A stretch of DNA of 64,000 nucleotides, taken from contig CAVWUU010000002.1 of assembly GCA_963758295.1 (NCBI GenBank), positions 64,001-128,000 of the forward strand, written 5' to 3'. The notes beneath the pieces were generated by a model. It was not told the DNA's origin. It did no database searches and worked only from the letters and a program-made list of their open reading frames with translations. This document shows, piece after piece, positions 55,099 through 64,000 of the stretch (the stretch's first letter is position 1; every line of letters starts with the position of its first letter). The stretch comes from Candidatus Eremiobacteria bacterium. Its GTDB lineage: Bacteria; Vulcanimicrobiota; Vulcanimicrobiia; Vulcanimicrobiales; Vulcanimicrobiaceae. The translations under genes and the position numbers were made by a program.

Positions 55099-55410
55099 TT
55101 ATGCGCACTTTTCCGGCCCATCGGATCCGTTCCGAAGTTCTCCTTCGATCGTCTCGATGAATGCAGCGGCTTTTGGATCGGAGACGCGCTCGGCGATCGC
55201 AGACGCCTGTGGCTCTTTACGCCAATACCAAAGCATGAGCAGAAACACCGCGGCAAGCCCAACCAAATCACCTACAATACGAACGTTGAACGGTATGAGA
55301 CCAGCTCGGCTTGCCGCAACGGCGCCGCACGCAACCAAGAAGGCGTACCACAGAAAGGCTCGCCTAAATGATCCACGTGGGCTTGGCTTTCTCGATAGGT
55401 ATTGGGGCAT
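55099..55410 (-). CDS. Small two-TM membrane protein
   Basis: Two hydrophobic helices, 103 aa. Confidence 0.5.
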   Translation of the reverse strand: MPQYLSRKPSPRGSFRRAFLWYAFLVACGAVAASRAGLIPFNVRIVGDLVGLAAVFLLMLWYWRKEPQASAIAERVSDPKAAAFIETIEGELRNGSDGPEKCA

Positions 55411-55664
55411 GCATCGTGCCTCGTGTTCCGTAGGCGCCGGATTCCTTTGCGCTCAGAAATGCATAGGCGAGCAGTTTGACTCGAGATTATTCGTCGAAAG
55501 TTTGACGCCGTCCACCGCGGGTGCCTTCATCGAAGCCATGCCGCCCTTAGCGACGATGTGACCGGCAGCGAAGAGCGCCGCGAACAAGGCCTTCATGAAT
55601 TTCTCCAGACGCACCACAGGCCGTGGTGGATTCCGCAAGTTGTCGCAAGATTGATGTCCAGGTT

Positions 55665-55870
55665 CCGCGAACGTATTTCGCCCGGGTGCGCCTGCGGCGC
55701 CGCGCAATCCGCAGGTTAGCAAGCCGATAGAGGCCTTTAAAACGCTTGTAATTCATGTACGGGTCGCCTTCGTCGGCAACTCGCTCGTAAATCATGTACA
55801 ACCGCTTGCATCCGTAGCACCGATATTGTTGCGCAAACTGCGTCAGGCGCTTCGGCAGCGGCGCGTCTTG
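55665..55870 (-). mobile_element. IS3 family transposase OrfB N-terminal remnant
   Basis: RL..FA..YRCYGCKRL...MNYKRF..LYR.ANL.IARRRR resembles the IS3 HTH_21 region. Confidence 0.6.
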
Positions 55871-56361
55871 CCCGGCCTTGAGTCCGACCACGGAAGAACT
55901 CGCACAGCCCTATGGCGGGTCCTTGACGCCCGGCGCGCTTTCTACGGTCTTCGCTGACGGTCGCCGCAGTTTTCGCCGGCGGACGTCGCCACGATTTCTC
56001 TGCGTAGTCCTCACCCCCGAGGCCGTCGACTGCGCGGTTGGTTCGCCCGCGATGATTTCGCGCTACGAGATCGCATCATCCATCCGGCGGATTCGTGAAG
56101 GCGGCGCTCCGAGCCATTGCAGCGATCGGCAACCACGACTTGCCGGGATGGTCGAACACCAACGGTGCGATTATGGACACATCGGCCCGAATGATAGACG
56201 CTGCATCGTTTGACGAAAAGTATTTCCGTGTTGACTAGAATAGGAAGCAGCGCTAAGACTGACACGAAGGAGGGAAAGATAAGTATGGGGTTCTGGCGCC
56301 GTTGGTTTGCAGCTGCTCCGATGCCGACTTTTTGTCCCGTGTGCCGTGTTGATCGGAAGTC

Positions 56362-56509
56362 CGCGAAGCATCGCTGGCGGTCTTCGACTTCATCGAGGGC
56401 TGGTACAATCCGCATCGCCGGCACTCTGCCCTCGGTTATTCTCACCCAACAACTACGAGCGCCGGATGATTTATGCGGCGTAATGCCCCACGGAACCGAG
56501 TCAACTACA
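56362..56509 (+). mobile_element. IS3 family transposase C-terminal remnant with right end
   Basis: EASLAVFDFIEGWYNPHRRHSALGY; IR-like ccacggaaccgagtcaactaCA. Confidence 0.8.
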
Positions 56510-56822
56510 GTCGTATAGGTTCGGCATGTTGTGTCCCGGCGCTTCAAAAGCCCAGAACTTGCTCGATTGGCTTACGCAGCGTCCTTGGCAGCCCGACAAA
56601 CTCCCACGTACAGCTACTGTTATGGTGCAGACTGTGAAGTATCACGCCATAAGCGAACCCGGATCGGTGCGACGGCGCTACGCGGCCTCATAGGCGGCCA
56701 GGCCCTACGAAGCCGTTCGGGCTTGCGACTCGCCGCGCGACCTCCTACGCCGTTCTTCACCAGCAGGTACGGGGGTCTGCTCGAACTTCGCTAAGTGGAA
56801 CGAAGCACTGAAGCACGAAGCG

Positions 56823-58015
56823 TTACGGGTTGAGCGGCGCCGGTGGATTAGGCGGGCAATCGACGAGTCCAACCGTAAAGGGAGTCGTCGGAATCGCCTC
56901 ATTCGCGAGCACCGTCCAAAAGCTCGTAGTGCCGCGGACCACTGTGCTGTAGAACGCCGCATATTGCCCGAAGGGGCTTGTCGTTGGCTGCCACCGGTCG
57001 ATGTTGTTGTACACGAGTAAGCCGCCCGGGCCGTTGGCGTTAAAGGTGACTGCAACGGCATAACCGTAGCGGAACGCGACCACCTCCTGGACGTCGGAGG
57101 TGCCCGCGCTTACGACAAACGGCGACCAACTCGCCGAGCGGTGAGCGATGTATTGCTGGTCGCCGCTGGTCCACACGTCATATTGCCCCGTGCCCGTTAT
57201 CCCTCGGAGATGTGCCGGCGGTTTGCCATTCGAATTCGGCAACGGTTGCGGTGTAACGCTTGTCCCGTTCCAGTGGTATATGCCCGTCGGAAATTCAGAC
57301 ATCGCTATCCACACATTCTGTGGTGAAACGGCATAGATGCCGGAAACCTCCGAAAGCGGATTCACCGATACCGATGTGTCCGTGGTCCAGGCGCTTGCGT
57401 TAAGTCGTGCGAGATGCAGAAGCGAAATTAGCTGGGGATTCGAACCAGCGACAGTCTGCAGGTATTCACTTTCGGCAGCAACCCATACGTCATTCGACGC
57501 GTCAGCGGTTATGAATAAAAACCTGAACTGATGTCCGCTTTGAAAGCTCGGCGGGTTCCGAACGAATAACCACCTCGCGCCGTTCCAATGCAAAATGAAA
57601 GGCGTCGTGTTCTCCGCAGAGCCGGACTCATAATAATACGCCTCTCCGGCCGCCCAGACATTGTTTGAAGCGATGGAGTAGATTGAGTCAACTGCCACAA
57701 AAACCCAGTGTGGGGAAGCCACAGGCATGGATACCTGTTGCCACGACGAGCCGTTGAAGTGGAGCATACGAATTTGCGCGCCTACATTGGGGATGCTGGC
57801 CCACGAGTCGCTTGCCGAAATCCCATTCACGACGTAGCCAGTAAGGCTCGACGGCCCGAATGTCGCGAATTAAGCGTGCATTCTCTGCCGGACGCAAGCG
57901 ACGCTAACGGTTGAGCCCGCTCGGATGCGGCTTGTGGCAACGGCGACGACGCGTGCTGTTGACCGCATGCGCTAACTCCAACGGCGACAGCTATTGTCAG
58001 CAACCATCGTCGCAT
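56823..58015 (-). CDS. Lipoprotein with HW/FNG beta-propeller-type repeats; apparent indel near 57865
   Basis: GAGG RBS, lipobox VSAC; repeats LHFNG/LHWNG/YHWNG and NNVWA/DVW. Confidence 0.65.
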
Positions 58016-58207
58016 GGAACACCTCACTGACGTTCGGGTCGTTCGCACGCGCGCATGCCGAAACCAGGGGCGGACGAGAACTTCCCCTCAGTTGTCGCCG
58101 CACGGCGAATCGTGCGGACGGGGATCGTCAGAATGTCAACTTACATTCTAACAGCTTTGCGCACGAAACACTACTCCGTGTCGCATTTGTCGCCACACAA
58201 CGTTTGG

Positions 58208-58625
58208 TTATGCGGCCGGCGCCCGCATCGATCGTTTACGGCGGTAGATTATCACTGTCGCGATTCCAATTGCGGCGAGATACGGAATGTAAGCGAGAGC
58301 GACGCTGCGCAGTGAAAGGAGGCCGATGCTCGTGCGCGAGAGGGAATGGAGCGCTGCCTGCCACGCGTTCGCCAATTGTGCTGCGGAGCCCGATTCTACG
58401 GCGGTCGCGCTCGCTTCCGAGGCGACGCTCATGCTGACAGTTGCATAAACGACACGGTTTTGCTCGACTTCACGTCCGCTTCGAGCGTCTCGATGTTTTC
58501 GCGCACTTGCGAAAGCTGGTTTTCAGCGTCGAGACCTTCACCCATGGTCGCCGACCGTCCCATGATACGCAGAATGCCGGTTTCCGTCGGCCGCAAATTC
58601 CTCAGCCGCGCGGACCGATTCGGTG
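58208..58625 (-). pseudogene. DUF4349-like protein C-terminal remnant
   Basis: ARLRNL..TE..IL.IM.RS...AENQLSQVRENIE then frameshifted tail; N-terminus absent. Confidence 0.55.
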
Positions 58626-58824
58626 ACGTACCAGGCGAATTGGCGCCAGAACGCGGCGATTGCGGAAGCGCGTGCACCGGTAGCCGCCGCGGCGGACCGC
58701 CGGGGCACGCTTTGCGAAGCGAATCTCGATATCTTTCATCCAACCCGATGACAAAGTGAAGGCAAGCAGGTCCATTGACCGTGCTTTAAGTAGACATTCT
58801 AGTAGACCAGAGACTACGACAATG

Positions 58825-58848
58825 AAAAGAGCCCGTAAAAACGAGCTC
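58825..58848 (-). terminator. Terminator after tRNA-Glu
   Basis: GAGCTCGT-TTTT-ACGGGCTC-TTTT on minus strand. Confidence 0.6.
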
Positions 58849-58852
58849 CAAA

Positions 58853-58927
58853 TGGTAGCGCCAGCGGGAATCGAACCCGCCTCTCCACCGTGAAAGGGTG
58901 ATGTCCTAGCCGATAGACGATGGCGCC
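58853..58927 (-). tRNA. tRNA-Glu(TTC)
   Basis: GGCGCCATCGTCTATCGGCTAGGACATCACCCTTTCACGGTGGAGAGGCGGGTTCGATTCCCGCTGGCGCTACCA. Confidence 0.96.
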
Positions 58928-58975
58928 ACGGTCCTTCGGTACGTTACCCTGTCTCGTGCCGACTGTCAACGTCAT

Positions 58976-59050
58976 TGGTGGGCCTGGTAGGATTCGAACC
59001 TACGCACAACCAGTTATGAGCCGGGCGCTCTACCGCTGAGCTACAGGCCC
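58976..59050 (-). tRNA. tRNA with CAT anticodon, probably Ile2 (lysidine)
   Basis: GGGCCTGTAGCTCAGCGGTAGAGCGCCCGGCTCATAACTGGTTGTGCGTAGGTTCGAATCCTACCAGGCCCACCA; paired 1-72, so not initiator. Confidence 0.9.
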
Positions 59051-59072
59051 CAACGACGCGGTTCCGCTTCGA

Positions 59073-60398
<1,326 letters not shown>

Positions 60399-60854
60399 TT
60401 AGTCCGCGAGCCAGCGTTGCAGGTCGTGCTTGCGCGAAACGTATTCGTTTGCATCGAAGAAAATCTTGAGCTCGCGTTCCGCGCTGCCCTTGCTGTCGCT
60501 GCCGTGAACCATGTTGTAGCCGATCGTTTGGCCGAAATCGCCGCGAATCGAGCCCGGTGCCGCGCTCAGCGGATTGGTCGCGCCGATGATTTGACGCATG
60601 CCTTCGATGACGCTTTCCCCTTCGACGGCCATTGCGACGAGCGCTCCGCTCGTGATGAAGTTCACGAGATCGGCGAAGAACGGCTTATCTTTATGTTCTC
60701 CGTAGTGCTCGCGCGCTTTATCGCCCGGAAGCTGCATCATCTTCATCGCGGTAATAACATAGCCGCGGCGCTCGATGCGCGAGATAATTTCTCCGACCAG
60801 CGATCGCGAGACCGCGTCGGGTTTACACAGGATCAACGTCGTTTCTAATGCCAT
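60399..60854 (-). CDS. ndk: Nucleoside diphosphate kinase
   Basis: KPDAV, GATNP, PGSIRGDF, HGSDS. Confidence 0.96.
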   Translation of the reverse strand: MALETTLILCKPDAVSRSLVGEIISRIERRGYVITAMKMMQLPGDKAREHYGEHKDKPFFADLVNFITSGALVAMAVEGESVIEGMRQIIGATNPLSAAPGSIRGDFGQTIGYNMVHGSDSKGSAERELKIFFDANEYVSRKHDLQRWLAD

Positions 60855-60895
60855 AGCAGGCCCCGAATACGGCGCAAGCGCAAGGTTAACCTAGC

Positions 60896-61675
60896 ATGCT
60901 CTCTTCCGAACACCCGTACGCCTCCGTAGAACGCGAACTGCGCGGCACGGCATTTTCGAGGATAAGGTACGTGGAAACGACCGGGAGCACGAATGACGAT
61001 GCTGCCGCTGTGCTCGGTCACGAGGCCGGTTACGGTACGACCATCGTCGCAGAGTACCAAACGCGCGGCGCCGGCCGGAAAGGCCGCTCGTGGCTGGCCG
61101 AGCCGGGCACCTCGCTCCTGTTCACCACCGTACTGCCTCGCTCTATCCGGGCGTCGCACTTATGGATCGTGCCGTTCGGCGTAGCGATCTGCGTGAGGCG
61201 AGCGCTTGTGTTGAACGGAGTGCCCGCGCAGCTCCACTGGCCGAACGATCTGCTCGTGGACGGACGTAAGGTGGCAGGCATTCTCTGCGTTTCGCGGGTC
61301 GCCGGCAATCGCGCGTGGGTGGGAGCCGGCGTGGGAATCAACGTGCGCCGCACGCCGGGCGCTGAAGCCGGCATCGTGCCCGCGCCCGCTTTCTGTAATG
61401 ATTTCGCGCCTGTCGACCGCGCCTCGTTGTTGCGCGACGTGCTCTTGAACTACGACATCTGGAACGACACCGTTGACATGCCGCCGCGCATTGCGCGTGT
61501 GTGGGAACGGCAAGCGGGCTTGCCGGGCATGCGTTACCGCATCCTGAAAGACGGCGAAGCATCGCCGATCGAGGTCTCGGCCATAGGTCTTGCAAACGGC
61601 GGCGGTCTAGTCGTCGAACACGACGATGGCCGGCGCGAAACCATCGCGCTCGCCGACGCGCGCGCGTTACGCTAG
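60896..61675 (+). CDS. birA: Biotin--[acetyl-CoA-carboxylase] ligase without HTH
   Basis: STN, QTRGAGRKGRSW, WPND, KVAGIL, GVGINV. Confidence 0.9.
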   Translation: MLSSEHPYASVERELRGTAFSRIRYVETTGSTNDDAAAVLGHEAGYGTTIVAEYQTRGAGRKGRSWLAEPGTSLLFTTVLPRSIRASHLWIVPFGVAICVRRALVLNGVPAQLHWPNDLLVDGRKVAGILCVSRVAGNRAWVGAGVGINVRRTPGAEAGIVPAPAFCNDFAPVDRASLLRDVLLNYDIWNDTVDMPPRIARVWERQAGLPGMRYRILKDGEASPIEVSAIGLANGGGLVVEHDDGRRETIALADARALR

Positions 61676-61693
61676 CTTCTACCAAGGAAAACG

Positions 61694-62785
61694 ATGAAGT
61701 TCTTTTCACTCGCACTCGCAGCAACCACGTTTGCTGCCGCCGTGCCGGCTGCGTCGTTTGCCGGCATTACAACGGTGCCCTCAGACCGAATCACCGCGGC
61801 CGTCCAACGTCAGCTGACGTCGACCGGCGTGCCCGGAGCGCAGGTTATCGTCTTGCAACACGGCCGTATTGTCTACGAAAGATGCTTCGGCGTTCGCCGG
61901 CTGGGCGGGGCGCCGGTGCGGCCGGCAACACGGTTCGAAATCGGATCGGATACGAAGCAGTTCACCGCCGCGGCGATTCTGCAACTCAAAGAGAACCGAC
62001 AATTGCGCCTAGACGACCGCCTTGCAAAGTACGTTCCGGCATTCCCTCATGCCAATGAAATCACGCTTCGCCAACTGCTCGATCAGACGAGCGGCCTTCC
62101 CGACTACGTGCTGACGAATCACTTTCTGCATATCACGCAGACCAGCACGGGAAGTTTTGAGCGCATAGAGCATTTGGTGGCCGGACCCCTGCATTTTACG
62201 CCGGGTTCTCGCTGGGAGTACAGTAACGCCAATTACGTCGCTCTGGGACGGGTTATTGAAATCGCTTCAGGGCAAACGTACGACGCGTACATAACCGCGC
62301 ATCTCTTCGCGCGCGCCGGCATGACGCAAACAACGACCATCGCGCACGAAGCCCAGGTGGCCGATATGGCGACCGGCTATTGGCGTGGACGCGAACGGAA
62401 AGGACCGTTCGTCCAGGCGCCGGAGATCGGCGCATCGTGGACTTGGGCGGCGGGTGAGATCGTTTCGACGACCGCGGATCTCGCGAAGTGGGATCGCGCA
62501 CTGCAGTCGGGACGGATAATCAGCGCTTCAGATTTCACGCTCATGACATCGCCCGCGCGCCTAACGAACGGCAAGCTGGATGATTACGGCTTTGGCTGGT
62601 GGATCGATCCGGTTGCCGGCCATACCGATGTGTACCATGACGGCGACACGTACGGCATGTCATCGAGCAACGATCTTTTCCCGGCGGACGGAATCGACGT
62701 CATTGTGCTCGAGAATGCAGCGGACGACGCCGCAGCCGATACGGCGCGAGCAATTTTTCGCGCAATCGTAACGGCTGCGGCATAG
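61694..62785 (+). CDS. Secreted serine hydrolase, beta-lactamase family
   Basis: Signal peptide, SDTK, YSN, HDG. Confidence 0.85.
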   Translation: MKFFSLALAATTFAAAVPAASFAGITTVPSDRITAAVQRQLTSTGVPGAQVIVLQHGRIVYERCFGVRRLGGAPVRPATRFEIGSDTKQFTAAAILQLKENRQLRLDDRLAKYVPAFPHANEITLRQLLDQTSGLPDYVLTNHFLHITQTSTGSFERIEHLVAGPLHFTPGSRWEYSNANYVALGRVIEIASGQTYDAYITAHLFARAGMTQTTTIAHEAQVADMATGYWRGRERKGPFVQAPEIGASWTWAAGEIVSTTADLAKWDRALQSGRIISASDFTLMTSPARLTNGKLDDYGFGWWIDPVAGHTDVYHDGDTYGMSSSNDLFPADGIDVIVLENAADDAAADTARAIFRAIVTAAA

Positions 62786-62793
62786 TCCCCTTA

Positions 62794-64000
62794 CTAACCG
62801 GCCGTTTCGCCGTAGAACTTCGCGAGATCCGAATGGAACTTCGCAAGCGACGGAACGTGCATGTAGATCATGTGTCCCGAATCGTAGTAGCCGAACGTCA
62901 CGTGCGAACGAAGATTTGCGGGTAGACCCATGTGCGAAAAGGTCCATTCTGCTGCACCAAACGGCGTCGCGAGATCGTAGTAACCCGCGCCGACGAACAC
63001 GCGCAATTTGGAATTGGTCGTCATAGCTTCACGGAGATCGGGACTCGTCGTCGGAGCAAGCCAGCCAAAAATAGACTTGCGCGTGTAATCCCAGCTCTGG
63101 TTGGTCTCGCCGTTGATCTGCTTGTATTCCTCATCCGACTTCCAGTTGAGTTCATTGCGCGCGTAGCTCAAGAACATCGACTGAAAAGCGCCGCTCGTAG
63201 CGCTGTCCGAGGGATCGTACTCCGCCGAATCGCCGACGACGTCGAGATCGTAACCCACGTATCGCGCATCGAGGCGTCCAACCGTCTCACCCGATTCCCG
63301 CTTCAACTCTTTTTCGAAACGGCCGGGATCGACGCGGATGTCCGATTGCTCGACGTACTTTGCGCTGATTCCCATGAGCTTTGCAAGCTCGTTGGCTACC
63401 TGGGTCTTCTGGGCGTTCGGCAAACGATCGCCTTGCACCAGCGCACTTGCATATTGGCCGTTCGCAAACGAACGGGCTTCATCAACGACGCTCGAAAGTG
63501 AGCCTTTGTTCGACGCGGAGTCGTGATACCAACGGACGGCCGCTTCCGTCGGAAGATACGCGATGTACGCGAGATCGTTGCCCGGCCCCGGAGCAATCGT
63601 ATCGAAGTCGAGCACCGACGAGAGCAACACGACGCCGTTAAACGACATGTTGCGATTCTGCAAGTAGTCGACGAGCGCAGCCGAACGCGGCGTGCCGTAA
63701 CTTTCTCCGAGCAAATACTTCGGCGAATTCCACCGATCGTTCAACGTCACGTACCGTTCGATGAACTGACCGAAGGCCGCCGCGTCTTGATCGATGCCGT
63801 AAACAGTTTTCGGATCGGTTCCGGGCGACAAACGGCTGTATCCGGTCCCGGGGGCGTCAATGAAGACGAGGTCGGATTGATCGAGCAACGAGTACTGGTT
63901 ATCCGTTAACTGGTACGGCGGGCCGCCGGAGCTTTGCGCGTTCGGAAAGACGATACGGCGAGGTCCAAGCGCGCCCATATGCAGGTACACCGTTGCGGCG
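62794..64000 (-). CDS. S10 family serine carboxypeptidase (5' truncated by window)
   Basis: FIDAPGTGYS, GESYG, YDLATP, GHMIY. Confidence 0.88.
   Translation of the reverse strand, partial: AATVYLHMGALGPRRIVFPNAQSSGGPPYQLTDNQYSLLDQSDLVFIDAPGTGYSRLSPGTDPKTVYGIDQDAAAFGQFIERYVTLNDRWNSPKYLLGESYGTPRSAALVDYLQNRNMSFNGVVLLSSVLDFDTIAPGPGNDLAYIAYLPTEAAVRWYHDSASNKGSLSSVVDEARSFANGQYASALVQGDRLPNAQKTQVANELAKLMGISAKYVEQSDIRVDPGRFEKELKRESGETVGRLDARYVGYDLDVVGDSAEYDPSDSATSGAFQSMFLSYARNELNWKSDEEYKQINGETNQSWDYTRKSIFGWLAPTTSPDLREAMTTNSKLRVFVGAGYYDLATPFGAAEWTFSHMGLPANLRSHVTFGYYDSGHMIYMHVPSLAKFHSDLAKFYGETAG

Overview
GC-rich bacterial chromosome window. Gene content (many SpoIIE/PP2C and RsbW-like proteins, csaB plus DUF5693, VPS10 and S9/S10/S41 peptidases) resembles soil Eremiobacterota/Vulcanimicrobiota, but that is inference only. 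Core blocks: fabH-leuB-divIVA-sepF-yggS-lgt, ccdA-lspA-rluD-tgt, ileS-csaB-DUF5693 and eno-ndk-birA. Three tRNAs: Val-TAC, Glu-TTC and a probable Ile2-CAT. The most unusual locus is tRNA-Val. Its 3' end is followed by an exact 120-bp-period array of tRNA 3' fragments interleaved with hairpins. A degenerate copy of its 5' half lies 5.8 kb upstream, bracketing an integrase-less islet whose two-component system and secreted serine hydrolase share a promoter motif. Also seen: a 6S-like long hairpin RNA, a structured terminator-bearing leader upstream of DUF5693-csaB-ileS, a hidden His-rich tail, a decayed island beside tRNA-Glu with IS3 remnants, and about 9-10 single-base indels (including in ileS and sua5) that most likely reflect sequencing or assembly error. 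Product calls come from motif recognition by eye; no database searches were run.
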